The notes: generated from the letters alone by a model not told the origin. Positions 20,542 to 34,604 are shown, counted from the first letter of the stretch. The stretch: 64,000 bases of DNA from Candidatus Niyogibacteria bacterium (GCA_016181935.1 JACOYI010000004.1:5292-69291); one strand, 5' to 3'. Translations and numbers: made by a program.

Positions 20542-23500
20542 TTATTTCTCCGCTTTCTTCCGGTGAAATCCGGTTCCTGCCGGAATGACGCGGCCGATGA
20601 TGACGTTTTCTTTGAGCCCGCGCAGCGTATCCACGCGGCCTTCGAGCGCCGCGCTAATCAAGACGCGCGTGGTTTCCTGGAATGATGCCGCGGCAAGGAA
20701 GCTCGATGATGCCAGCGCCGAACGAGTGATGCCCAACGGAAACGGCTCGCCTTTCGCAGGTTTGCCGCCCATTTTTTTCGTATCGCGATTTTCTTCGAGG
20801 AATGCCGAATTTTTGACGCCGTCGCCGATCGCAAAATTGGTACTGCCCGGATCGCTGATGCGCACATGCGCGAACATTTGACGCACGATGATCTCCACGT
20901 GTTTCGAGTTAATGGATGCGCCTTGCAACGTATAGAGATGCGAAACCTCATCCAAAATATACCGCTCGGCCGCCTCCGGACCCATGAGCATGAAGAGCTG
21001 GCGGATATCGACCGGACCGTCGGACAGACGCATGCCCGGCACAACGTCGACGCCTTTTTCGACGGCCGGCATCCGGCCGAACGGGATCCGGAATTCCTTT
21101 GATTCGGCTTTTGATTTCTTGGGACCGACATCGCAGAGCACCTTGACCACGCGTTCATGGCCGTCTTCTTTGATATCGAGAACCGTTCCCGTACAATCCG
21201 CGAGGATCGCGGGATTCGCGGGCGTGCGGATCTCGAATAATTCCTCCACGCGCGGAAGACCCATGGTGATATCGCCGCCCACGGCAACGCCTCCGGTGTG
21301 GAATGTGCGCATGGTCAGCTGGGTTCCGGGTTCCCCGATCGCTTGCGCCGCCACGATTCCCACGGCCTCGCCGAGCGCCACCGGCTCATTCGTTCCCAGA
21401 TCATACCCGTAACACTGCTGGCAGATACCCCGGAATGTTTTGCATGTGAACGGGCTTCGGATGAAAACCTCGTCCACTTCGCTTTTCTCGATCTTCTCCG
21501 CGTCTTCAAAATTCAAAAAGTTTCCGCGCTTTGCCACCGTCTTTCCGTGACGATTGTTGACGTCGCGCGCGGCGACCCGGCCAAAAATACGGGATGCGAG
21601 CCCTTTGCCGAAATCCTCCGCCTCACGGCGTGTCACCAAAAATCCCTTATCATCCCCGCAATCCTCGTCTTCGACGATCACGTCCTGCGCCACATCCACC
21701 AGACGGCGCGTCAAATATCCGGCCGCTGAAGTTTTGAGCGCGGTATCCGCCGTTCCTTTTCGCGCGCCATGCGTTGAGATGAAATATTCCAAAACGCCCA
21801 ATCCCTCTTTGTAATTGGAAATGATCGGGAGCTCGATGATGCGGCCGGCGGGGTTCAACACCAATCCCCGCATGCCGGACATTTGCGAGACCTGGATCCA
21901 ATTTCCGCGAGCCGCGGACGACACCATGGCGTACACCGAACCATATTCGTCGAGCGCTTTCGGAACCAAATTATCCACTTTTTGCTTTACCCCCTTCCAA
22001 GTCTCGACGATTTTTTTGTACCGTTCGTCGTTGGTAAGAAGCCCCTCGTTGTATTGACGCTCGATCTCGGCCGCCTGCGCCTGAGCCTCCCGGATCAGCT
22101 GCGGTTTTTCTTCCGGTGTCCGGAGATCGTCGACGCCCCATGAAATACCGGATACGGTGGCGTATTGAAAACCGAACGTTTTGATCTTATCGAGAATTCC
22201 CGGGATCGCTTCGCGGCCATAGCGCGCAATGAGCATCGTGACCATCCGCTCCAGATCTTTTTTCTTCACCTCGTTGTTGAAATATTCAAAATCATCCGGC
22301 AGGGCGCTGTTGAAAAGCAAACGCCCGACGGACGTTTCAAGATAATCGCCCGCCTCGGCAATGAGACGATATTTCGGCGTCGCGGTGATCGCAACTTTGA
22401 TTGTTGCTTTCAGGTGCACGTCGCCGAATTCCGACGCCAAAATCGCTTCGTTCGGACTCGAATAGATATTTCCCTCGCCCTTGAATCCCGGAAAAATTTT
22501 TGTGAGCCAATAAATACCGAGCACCATATCCTGCGTCGGATTCACGATCGGATCACCCGTGCCGGGTTTCGTCAAATTACGGATGGACCACATGAGTTCT
22601 CTGGCCTCTTTTTGCGCCTCCTGGGTCAGCGGCACGTGAACCGCCATCTGGTCGCCGTCAAAGTCGGCGTTAAACGCCTGACACACCAGCGGATGGATCT
22701 GAAGCGCGTTGCCTTCGATGAGCACCGGCTGAAATGCCTGAACCCCCAGGCGATGCAATGTCGGCGCGCGGTTTAAAAGCACGAATTTGTCATGGATGAC
22801 CTCTTCCAATGCCGCCCACACATCCGGCGTCGGCTCATCGATCGTGCGGTTCGCCCCCCGGATATTGTGCGCCAATCCCTTGGAAATCAAATTCGAGATG
22901 ACAAACGGACGGAAGAGTTCCAACGCCATGTGCTTGGGAATGCCGCATTGGTGCAGTTTAAGCGCGGGACCCACGACAATAACGGAGCGCCCCGAATAAT
23001 CCACGCGCTTGCCCAGCAAATTCTGGCGGAACCGCCCCTGCTTTCCGCGGAGCGCGTCCGCAAGGGATTTAAGTGCGCGCTTTTGCGCCTGACTCGTCAC
23101 CGCCGCATGTCCCCGGCGGATACTGTTATCGAGAAGCGCGTCCACGGCCTCCTGCAACATGCGTTTTTCGTTGCGGACGATCACTTCCGGCGCGCCCAAT
23201 TCCATCAGCTTTTTCAAACGATTGTTGCGATTGATGACGCGGCGGTACAGATCGTTCACATCCGATGTCGCATGCCGCCCGCCGTCCAACGCCACCATGG
23301 GCCGGAATGCCGGCGGCGTAATGGGGATCACGGTCAAAAACATCCACTCGGGACGCACGCCCGCCCGGATCATTCCTTTCACCATGCCCAATCGGCGGAT
23401 GATCTTCTTTTGATCCTGCGTCTCGGTATTTTTCAATTCATCCTCCAATTCCGCGGCCAGTTTATGCAGGTCGATCGAGCGGGCGATCGCATGCAGGGCT

Positions 23501-24147
23501 TTTGCGCCGATATCGGCTTCAAACACATCCGCGAATTTCAAACTTAACCGATGATATTCGATCTCCGACAGGATCTCGAGCGGCCGCAGTCCTTCGAGTT
23601 CCGTTTTCGCTTTCTCGAATGCCGTTTTGAGTTTCGACAATGTCGCGCGGTCGGCCTCTTTTGATTTTTGTTTGAATTCGCGCCCAAGATCCGCGATCCG
23701 GTCCCGGCGCATCCCCTCGTCCACGCTCGTTACAATGTAGCCCGCGAAATAGATCACGCGCTCAAGCTCCGCAAGCGTCAGGTCGAACAAAAGCCCGACC
23801 CGCGACGGCACGCCGCGCAAGAACCAAATATGCGCGACGGGACTCGCGAGCGCAATGTGTCCCATCCGTTCGCGGCGGACGACCGAACGCGTCACTTCGA
23901 CGCCGCATTTATCGCACACGATCCCTTTGTAACGGATCCGGCGGTATTTGCCGCAATAACATTCATAATCCTTTTCCGGACCGAAAATGCGCTCATCGAA
24001 AAGGCCGTCCTTTTCCGCGCGCTGGGTCCGATAATTGATGGTTTCCGGTTTTGTCACCTCGCCTCGCGACCACGATAAAATCTTCTCGGGGGACGCGAGT
24101 TTCAACGAGATCGCCTTAAAATTGATCGGGGTTGTCGATGATTCCAT
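20542..24147 (-). CDS. rpoC: RNA polymerase beta' subunit
   Basis: NADFDGDQM catalytic motif, N-terminal Zn finger. Confidence 0.99.
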   Translation of the reverse strand: MESSTTPINFKAISLKLASPEKILSWSRGEVTKPETINYRTQRAEKDGLFDERIFGPEKDYECYCGKYRRIRYKGIVCDKCGVEVTRSVVRRERMGHIALASPVAHIWFLRGVPSRVGLLFDLTLAELERVIYFAGYIVTSVDEGMRRDRIADLGREFKQKSKEADRATLSKLKTAFEKAKTELEGLRPLEILSEIEYHRLSLKFADVFEADIGAKALHAIARSIDLHKLAAELEDELKNTETQDQKKIIRRLGMVKGMIRAGVRPEWMFLTVIPITPPAFRPMVALDGGRHATSDVNDLYRRVINRNNRLKKLMELGAPEVIVRNEKRMLQEAVDALLDNSIRRGHAAVTSQAQKRALKSLADALRGKQGRFRQNLLGKRVDYSGRSVIVVGPALKLHQCGIPKHMALELFRPFVISNLISKGLAHNIRGANRTIDEPTPDVWAALEEVIHDKFVLLNRAPTLHRLGVQAFQPVLIEGNALQIHPLVCQAFNADFDGDQMAVHVPLTQEAQKEARELMWSIRNLTKPGTGDPIVNPTQDMVLGIYWLTKIFPGFKGEGNIYSSPNEAILASEFGDVHLKATIKVAITATPKYRLIAEAGDYLETSVGRLLFNSALPDDFEYFNNEVKKKDLERMVTMLIARYGREAIPGILDKIKTFGFQYATVSGISWGVDDLRTPEEKPQLIREAQAQAAEIERQYNEGLLTNDERYKKIVETWKGVKQKVDNLVPKALDEYGSVYAMVSSAARGNWIQVSQMSGMRGLVLNPAGRIIELPIISNYKEGLGVLEYFISTHGARKGTADTALKTSAAGYLTRRLVDVAQDVIVEDEDCGDDKGFLVTRREAEDFGKGLASRIFGRVAARDVNNRHGKTVAKRGNFLNFEDAEKIEKSEVDEVFIRSPFTCKTFRGICQQCYGYDLGTNEPVALGEAVGIVAAQAIGEPGTQLTMRTFHTGGVAVGGDITMGLPRVEELFEIRTPANPAILADCTGTVLDIKEDGHERVVKVLCDVGPKKSKAESKEFRIPFGRMPAVEKGVDVVPGMRLSDGPVDIRQLFMLMGPEAAERYILDEVSHLYTLQGASINSKHVEIIVRQMFAHVRISDPGSTNFAIGDGVKNSAFLEENRDTKKMGGKPAKGEPFPLGITRSALASSSFLAAASFQETTRVLISAALEGRVDTLRGLKENVIIGRVIPAGTGFHRKKAEK

Positions 24148-24151
24148 GGAA

Positions 24152-27373
<3,222 letters not shown>

Positions 27374-27477
27374 AAAAAAATAAAAAAGTATAAAAATACC
27401 CCTAATATCCCTCTTTAAACGGGGCTTCTAATTGACTTCTTCCTTAATGACTATGGCGATACTGCACCTAATAATTC

Positions 27478-27524
27478 AGTATACTCCCCTCTTTTTTCTT
27501 GTCAAGCGCCCAGGGTGTGGATAA
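27478..27524 (-). promoter_or_regulatory. rpoB promoter with upstream DnaA box
   Basis: TTGACA-N16-TATACT; TTATCCACA at 27516-27524. Confidence 0.7.
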
Positions 27525-27544
27525 AAACAGCCGGGGGATTTGCT

Positions 27545-27702
27545 TAGAACTCATTTCAAAACCTCTCTTCTCTCGCGCATGCTGCGAGTAGGCACGCCGT
27601 ATTCTTCTGCTGAAGAATCGGCTTATTCTCGCGCCGTCGCGCTCCGAGAATCCTACTCGCAGCATGCGCTCGTTCCGATCAACGGTTTTGAAATGAGCTC
27701 TA
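27545..27702. mobile_element. MITE-like element of 158 bp
   Basis: 19-bp terminal inverted repeats TAGAACTCATTTCAAAACC / GGTTTTGAAATGAGCTCTA (1 mismatch); internal IR GCGCATGCTGCGAGTAGG. Confidence 0.7.
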
Positions 27703-28788
27703 TTCCCGCCCGAGCGGGCGCTTGGATAAAGAATTCAAAATGCCAAGACCCATAAAAAGCGTTATCAGCGACGAGCCGCCATAACTGACAAAAGGAAGCG
27801 GCAAGCCCGTGATCGGAAGAAGCCCCACATTCATGCCGACATGGATAAAAAATTGCGCGATAATGATGCTCGAGAGCCCGATCGCGTAGAGCCGCTCAAA
27901 ATTCCCCTCGCCCATCACCCCCACGCGAAGGATCCGCCACACGACGATCCCGAAAAAAATAAGAAGTAAAAGCGAACCCGCGAATCCCCATTCTTCGGCG
28001 AATGCCGCGAACATAAAATCGGTTTCGGGTTCCGGTAAAAATTCGAGGCGCGACTGGCTGCCGTACCCGATCCCGCGCCCCCAGAAACTGCCCGCCCCAA
28101 CGGCGATCTGCGCTTGGATCGTATGATATCCGCCGCCGCGGGGATCGAGATACGGATCCAAAAACGAGTAAATGCGTTCGCGCTGATACGGCTCAAGAAC
28201 GAAAAACCATCCGATGATGACGGTCGCGACAGCCAAAAGGCCGAGCGCGAAAAAATGTTTTTTGGAAATGCCCGACGCCAAGACCATCGCAAGCCACAAT
28301 GCCGCCAAAATCAAAACCGATCCCAAGTCCGGCTGAATGAACACCAGCACGAGCGGAATGAGCACATAAAATCCCGAAACGATAATATGGCGGATATTCG
28401 CAATTTCAATGTGGCGGCGGGAAAAATATTTTGCAAGCATCAGCGCCAAGACGATTTTCATGGGTTCCACCGGCTCGAACGACAACGCTCCGACCCGAAA
28501 CCAGCTCGTGGCGCCCCGGATGGGATCCGCCGTGACAAAAAGCAGGAGAAGCGCCGCAAGGCCCGCCGCATACATTCCCACGAGCAGCGACCGGGAACGC
28601 AGGATCGAGGGATCCGAAAACGACATCCAAAGAAAAACGCCGAATGAAACTCCGACCCAAATAAGCTGACGCCAGAAAAAATAATCGTCCCCGCCGCCGA
28701 AGGACTTCATGGTGACGAGGCCCGCGAACAAAAGCGGGGTGAGCGACAGTAATAAAATCCAGTCGATCCGCTGAAGAAGGACGCGCAT
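27700..28788 (-). CDS. rodA: Rod shape-determining protein RodA (SEDS family)
   Basis: QPDLG, FLPEPETDF, LPFVSYGGS. Confidence 0.93.
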   Translation of the reverse strand: MRVLLQRIDWILLLSLTPLLFAGLVTMKSFGGGDDYFFWRQLIWVGVSFGVFLWMSFSDPSILRSRSLLVGMYAAGLAALLLLFVTADPIRGATSWFRVGALSFEPVEPMKIVLALMLAKYFSRRHIEIANIRHIIVSGFYVLIPLVLVFIQPDLGSVLILAALWLAMVLASGISKKHFFALGLLAVATVIIGWFFVLEPYQRERIYSFLDPYLDPRGGGYHTIQAQIAVGAGSFWGRGIGYGSQSRLEFLPEPETDFMFAAFAEEWGFAGSLLLLIFFGIVVWRILRVGVMGEGNFERLYAIGLSSIIIAQFFIHVGMNVGLLPITGLPLPFVSYGGSSLITLFMGLGILNSLSKRPLGRE

Positions 28789-28799
28789 ACGTCCTTACG

Positions 28800-29561
28800 T
28801 TAGCGGGGCGCGGGGGTTCGGACAAGCACGTCGATCGCGGAAGGTTCCGTAGTGACAGCGCCTGTAGGCCACGAAAATGACAACACGCGTTCCGCTCCCG
28901 CGCGCAATTCTTCAACCGCAGTTTGGCTTGCGCCGTAGGCGTTTCCCGCGGCGTCCAGAAGGATCGCGGATGCTTGGAGGTTCGCGCGATCCGCCGAGCC
29001 CGCATTGCGGATCGTGACAGACAATCGCGGACTCGGAGTGAGCGTAAAATCGCGCCGCACGACGAGAATATTCGGTTTTGCGTAATCCGCGTAACGCCAG
29101 CGGGTCGGTTCAAATTCAATGGAAACCCGCACGGGTTTGCGCTCGCCCGTAAAAAGTCCGGGTTCGAGTATCAAAAATCGTTCGGCGGGGTTGATGTACG
29201 TTTCGCCCGCGCGCTGTGAGATCAAAATGTTATTGGCATCGTAAAGTTTTACGCGGTAAAATGCGCGATCAGCCGCCGCGAAATTATGGATGTTTTCTAT
29301 GAAAGCGGCGGCCTCGTAGAGTCCCTCGCCCAATTGGAAAAACCGGGACCACAGCACCACGGGCTCGGAAAGATTTGCAAGGCAGGGCGTGCAGGGCCCG
29401 CCGCAATCCACGCCTTCCTCGCCTTGATTTTGACGGTTATCAAAACAGGTCGCTTCAGGGACCGCAAGAAACGCGAGATACGCAATGACGGCCGCGCCCG
29501 CAAGAATGAGCGCCCCGAAGACGACCAGCTGACGCTTCGCCTTCCACGAAAAAATCGGCAT
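28800..29561 (-). CDS. Hypothetical membrane-anchored protein with a Cys-rich motif
   Basis: TM segment then TCFDNRQNQGEEGVDCGGPC. Confidence 0.8.
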   Translation of the reverse strand: MPIFSWKAKRQLVVFGALILAGAAVIAYLAFLAVPEATCFDNRQNQGEEGVDCGGPCTPCLANLSEPVVLWSRFFQLGEGLYEAAAFIENIHNFAAADRAFYRVKLYDANNILISQRAGETYINPAERFLILEPGLFTGERKPVRVSIEFEPTRWRYADYAKPNILVVRRDFTLTPSPRLSVTIRNAGSADRANLQASAILLDAAGNAYGASQTAVEELRAGAERVLSFSWPTGAVTTEPSAIDVLVRTPAPR

Positions 29562-29638
29562 ATGCTCTTACTATATAGAAAGGAAAAGAAAAAGTCCCGC
29601 TATCCAAAAGGATGCGGGATTTGATCCGGGAAAACGAT

Positions 29639-30016
29639 CTACTGGGCGGGTCGAAACACCAATTTCATGACGCCAAGGTCTACTGTCTGCACTTTTCCGG
29701 TGTAGTGAAGAATTTTCGGAACCGAATTATTGTACCCTACCACCAACAGAGAAAATTCGTAGAATCCCGGCGGCATGTTGTAAAGTACAAAAATCCCGCG
29801 TTCGTTGGTAAAAGTTATCCCTACCTGTTGATTATCCGATGTTCTCACCGAAACCGCTATCTGGTCAACAGGAACGCCATCCATATCAACAACCTGTCCG
29901 GTAATGATCGACAGGCCGGTTTTTTCTGCGCTCGATGCCGTTTTCCCTATGAAAGCGACGAACACGAAAAAAGAAATGAACAATACAACGACCGCTGCGG
30001 TTTTTGTCCTTGTCAT
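29639..30016 (-). CDS. Secreted carboxypeptidase-regulatory-like beta-sandwich protein
   Basis: Signal/TM segment; ITGQVVD..G.PV, TNERGIF..N..PG.Y; AAGGAG SD. Confidence 0.7.
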   Translation of the reverse strand: MTRTKTAAVVVLFISFFVFVAFIGKTASSAEKTGLSIITGQVVDMDGVPVDQIAVSVRTSDNQQVGITFTNERGIFVLYNMPPGFYEFSLLVVGYNNSVPKILHYTGKVQTVDLGVMKLVFRPAQ

Positions 30017-30092
30017 TTCATACTCCTTTTCGTTGTTTCCTCCACTGCAAAATATAACAGATAAAGAAAGTCCGTCAAAAGAAATCGTGGGC

Positions 30093-30127
30093 AAAAAAGA
30101 ACCCCGCTATCCAAAAGGATAACGGGA
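30093..30127 (-). terminator. Intrinsic terminator ending the ncRNA unit
   Basis: CCCGTTATCC-TTTT-GGATAGCGGG followed by GTTCTTTTTT. Confidence 0.75.
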
Positions 30128-30132
30128 GTAAA

Positions 30133-30846
30133 CTCTGCACTGTGTCGGCTCACTCGGGCTTTCCAAGGGTTTCCCGAGGTCCGACTGCACCGGGTACCTG
30201 TACACGCCTTGAGGCAACTGGCGATAGTACAGCTTGGCGGCCAGAAAGCGGGTGCCTCTCGCTGCAAAGAACCGATTTATGGAGGAACGCAATCGCAGGA
30301 TTTTGGCAGCCGGGGCGGTGGCCGCCGAACTTAAAATCCCCCGAACTCAGAACGTCCTGCGATTGCGCGAAAGGGTCGGCGGAGATTCAGGCGTTGAGGC
30401 CCATCTCGTGACTTCCGTGGGGCCGCGTCTGACCGGATCCCCGCCGATTCGTTGAGTGAAAGAACTTCGGAAAGCGCCCGACGGGAATTGAACCCGTGAC
30501 CCCCGATCCAACACGCGTGCCGGATGGTGCTCTACCAGCTGAGCTACGGACGCTTGCTTATGTGAAGTGGAGCAGGAAGGGTGGGTACGGTACGGCGTTC
30601 GCATACCTAGGATTTAGGACCACGGACCCTGCCGCGGAACGCTAGCCGCCTTCTGCGGCCCACCCCGTCCTGCATGTGAATCTGAAAAAGTTGAGTGGCT
30701 ATAGGGCTTGAGACGTCCCCTTCCATTTGGAAGTGATCATCCTCCGCGCAGCGCTTCCGTCGAAGTCCACGCCTTTCACTACCCCTCAATGACACCTAAC
30801 CGATGGTCACCAAGGTTAGTATAGAAAACTCAACTACAGCCACTCT
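30133..30846 (-). ncRNA. Candidate array of structured ncRNAs, or one large multidomain ncRNA
   Basis: Own promoter and terminator, six consecutive closed-stem units including a tRNA mimic, no credible ORF. Confidence 0.65.
30473..30553 (-). ncRNA. tRNA-like RNA with an extended anticodon arm and no canonical anticodon loop
   Basis: Acceptor GCGTCCG/CGGGCGC-T, D arm GCTC-AGCTGGTA-GAGC, T arm ACGGG-TTCAATT-CCCGT; 25-nt anticodon arm. Confidence 0.8.
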
Positions 30847-30853
30847 GAAGAGG

Positions 30854-30882
30854 AATCTAGCACCTTCCTCTTTCCCTGTCAA
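30854..30882 (-). promoter_or_regulatory. Sigma70 promoter driving the ncRNA array
   Basis: TTGACA-N17-TAGATT with TGn extension; predicted +1 about 30846. Confidence 0.75.
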
Positions 30883-30886
30883 GAGG

Positions 30887-30964
30887 TGGCGGCAGGCAGC
30901 CCACAAAGTAACAGCCGGGAAAGGAGGAGAACCCACCGCTACCCGAGAAGCCGCCTTGCCGCCA
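30887..30964 (-). ncRNA. Long hairpin directly 3' of tRNA-Cys with a CUCCUCC loop
   Basis: TGGCGGCA(A)GGCGGC / GCTGCCTGCCGCCA closing stem; apical loop TTCTCCTCCTTT. Confidence 0.5.
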
Positions 30965-30967
30965 GAA

Positions 30968-31039
30968 AGCGCTTGGCCGGATTCGAACCGACGCTCGGGG
31001 TTTTGCAGACCCCCGCCTTACCAGCTTGGCTACAAGCGC
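30968..31039 (-). tRNA. tRNA-Cys(GCA)
   Basis: Cloverleaf, anticodon loop CTGCAAA, U73. Confidence 0.93.
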
Positions 31040-31218
31040 TTAAGAACTTTTCGTTTTCGCACGCTTTCGCGCGCCTGTTTTTGATATTTCAACCGCTCCA
31101 CCAGCGGCAATGAAACAAAATCTCCGCGATCAATGACGTCCGCGATCTTTCTTTCGTCTGAAGTCAACGGGACCGCATCCATCGACAAGTCGGTCAGGAT
31201 CCGCGTGATTTTTCCCAT
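31030..31218 (-). CDS. Small hypothetical protein; resembles the N-terminal part of CopG/BrnA-type antitoxins
   Basis: GGAGG SD; 62 aa; stop codon lies inside the tRNA-Cys 5' end; resemblance judged by eye. Confidence 0.5.
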   Translation of the reverse strand: MGKITRILTDLSMDAVPLTSDERKIADVIDRGDFVSLPLVERLKYQKQARESVRKRKVLKRL

Positions 31219-31252
31219 CGCACACCTCCGTTCGTAACAACTTTATTCAATC

Positions 31253-31368
31253 CCCGGTACTGGCGGCTGCCTACTGTCCCCTTGCGAGTATCATCGGCAG
31301 TAGAGCGTTTTACGACTCTGTTCGGAATGGGAAGAGGTAGTTCCACCCCCTCAAGCCACCAGAACCGG
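31253..31368 (-). rRNA. rrf: 5S rRNA
   Basis: CCCATTCCGAAC loop C, GCCGATGATAC loop E, closing helix; ends approximate. Confidence 0.92.
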
Positions 31369-31562
31369 AGATTCAATTGCTTATTGCGTGTTCTAAAATG
31401 AATTTTCGGAATCACAAATCATAGAGCAGAAAAAGACGTCGAAACATCGGGATAAGACCGGTCGTTTAGTACTTCTCGGCTGAATCCCTTACGGGACTTA
31501 CACCTAAAGCCTATATGCGTGGTAATCTTCCACGGACCTTAACGATTTCTAATCTTGGGGCC

Positions 31563-31595
<33 letters not shown>

Positions 31596-31737
31596 GATCC
31601 GAACGTAGCTACCCAGCGGTGCCCTTGGCAGGACAGCTGGCAGACCAGAGGTTCGTTCATCCTGATCCTCTCGTACAGAGGACGAATCCCCTCAAAAATC
31701 AACGCCTGCAGTAGATAGGAGACCAACCTGTCTTACG

Positions 31738-32450
31738 CATTTCTCAACAATTACTTGCTGTATGGACTATACCATCATCCCCGATTTCTCGGGGCGACCG
31801 ACGTGTTAGCAATTCGTTTCTGAATCACTCTGCCGCTCCGCCAGCTGGCGAACGCGACAAGTCTCTACGGGGTCAATGTACGTTTCTTCCGCTTTTTTGA
31901 ATAATTCAATTCGCGGAAGGAATCTATCATTTTCATCAAAACCTTAAAGTCGTTTGCCTTCTCGACTTTTTGCTTTTGATCGATAATTTTGAACATCAGC
32001 TCAACCTGTTTGCGTTTTAATATCACAAAAGGTCGAATCGATATGAGGAATTTTTTGATATTATCGATCCGATTGATCGTATACTCAAGAATTCCGTCGT
32101 TGCGATCCCTGATATGACCGAGACCGATCAGGGCACACAACTCCTCGAACTTACTGCGGTCCTTCGCGGATTGAAACAGCACAATATAGAGAGCGACCTG
32201 ATATCCGTACCGATAATCGGCATTCGGCTTAAGCCGCGCGTAAATACTGCCGTCCCCATCCAAAAAACCCGCTAAATAAGCTCTTCGTATCGACGAAAGT
32301 GATGATTTCATACACGACTTCCCTCGGTATTATCCTAACACACGACAGGTTGTTTTTGTAGTGTTAGGACTTCACCGATATGAGTCGGTTTTTCATGCGC
32401 AATTGCTCGCGCATGCCGCCGTGTTTGATGTCCTCGGTTCAAGTATTTTG
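31738..32450 (-). mobile_element. Group I intron at 23S position L2593
   Basis: Interrupts ACCGU|CGUAAGAC; ends in G; IGS ACG-GCGG; P7 elements GAGACU...UAGUCC. Confidence 0.9.
31865..32311 (-). CDS. Single-motif LAGLIDADG homing endonuclease (I-CreI-like)
   Basis: YLAGFLDGDGSI; located in an L2593 intron. Confidence 0.93.
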   Translation of the reverse strand: MKSSLSSIRRAYLAGFLDGDGSIYARLKPNADYRYGYQVALYIVLFQSAKDRSKFEELCALIGLGHIRDRNDGILEYTINRIDNIKKFLISIRPFVILKRKQVELMFKIIDQKQKVEKANDFKVLMKMIDSFRELNYSKKRKKRTLTP

Positions 32451-33083
32451 ACGGTTTGAACCCAGCTCGCGTACCTTTTTAATTGGCGAACAGCCAAACC
32501 CTTGGGAGCTTCTCCACCCCCAGGATAAGGTGAGCCGACATCGAGGTGCCGAACACCGCCGTCGCTATGGACGCTTGGGCGGTACCAGCCTGTTATCCCC
32601 GGAGTAACTTTTATCCGTTGAGCTTCCACGGCTTCTAATGCCCATGGTCGGATCACTATGTTCTGCTTTCGCACCTGCTTGACATGTCCGTCTCGCAGTT
32701 AAGCTGGTATGTGGCATTGCCCTATCGGTGCGATTTCCATCCGCACCTAACCAACCTTAATAAACTCCTCCATTACTTTTTAGGAGGAAAGTGCCCCACT
32801 TAAACTGCCCACCAGATACTGTTCCCGTCCCGTTTGACGGGACAGGTTAGATTTTACAACGCTCAAGATGGGTATTTCACGGGTGGCTCCATTCCGGCCG
32901 AAACCAAAACTTCAAAGCCTCCCCACTATGCTACGCATGAGAATCGTAAAGCCAATATCAAGTTGCAGTAAAGCTTCCGGGGTCTTTTCGTCTAACTGCA
33001 GGTAACCGGCATCTTCACCGGTATTGTATTTTCACCGGGCGCTTCTCCGAGACAGTCCTCCAGTCGTTACGCCTTTCGTGCGC

Positions 33084-33793
<710 letters not shown>

Positions 33794-33851
33794 ACCTTAG
33801 AACGATTATAGTTATCGCTGACATTGACGAGGGCTTCGGCCGGTCAGCCAC

Positions 33852-33925
33852 CCTGGAGGCTGGAAACCGGAAGCTAGTGTCTGGAATTTCTCCAGCATCT
33901 AGCATTCTAGCCTCTAGTCTCCAGA
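33852..33925 (-). repeat. Heptamer-repeat hairpin in 23S helix 68
   Basis: CTRGAAG-type units in inverted arms between conserved H68 flanks. Confidence 0.8.
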
Positions 33926-34530
33926 GTGACCGCCAACGTTAACCTTCTCGCATTGGTCAGGCGTCACCCCCTATACATCCTCTTACGAGTTCGCAGGGAG
34001 CTGTGTTTTTGATAAACAGTCGCCAGATTTGCCGAGTTCCTTGGAGAAGTCTCACCCGTTCGCCTTCGTCTTCTCGACGAGTCCACCTGTGTCGGTTTCC
34101 GGTACGGTTTCCGCATCGCGAGCCCTTAGAAGCTTTTCTTGGAAACGCGCTTTGCCCTATCCCCCGCCAAAGGCGGGGTTTCTCAAAAACTTGGATCCGC
34201 CTTGCGGCCGCTCGCCGGATTTTCCTAGCGAGCATCCTTATTTTTGAAACACAAATCCAATAACATGCAGGGCATACTGCATTCCGTCCCTTCGTCGGAA
34301 CGATACGGAAGTTGCCGAATATTAACGGCATGTCCATCAGCTGCGGCTTTCGCCATTGCCTTAGGACCGACTAACCCTTGGCTGATCATCGTTGCCAAGG
34401 AAACCTTGGACTTTCGGCGGTTTGGGATCTCACCAAACTTGTGGTTACTTGTGCCAACATTCTCACTTCCCAGCGCTCCATCCACGTCTCACGACGGGAC
34501 TTCATCGCCCTGGGAACGCTCTCCTACCAC

Positions 34531-34604
34531 TCTAGAAGCTAGAGGCTAGATACTGGATTGCTAGAAATTTCCAGCTTTCCAGCTTCCAGCGTCTAGCTTC
34601 CAAA
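34531..34604 (-). repeat. Heptamer-repeat hairpin in 23S helix 45
   Basis: Lies between CCGAAG and GGTAGGAGAGCG flanks. Confidence 0.8.

Noticed and set aside
30133-30846. RNase P RNA, tmRNA, SRP RNA or cobalamin/T-box riboswitch
   Set aside because: The diagnostic motifs were not found by eye; 6S or Y RNA identity of single units cannot be excluded without a covariance-model search
30013-31113. Short ORFs across the structured region
   Set aside because: They overlap tRNA or tRNA-like structures, lack start signals and show no protein motifs
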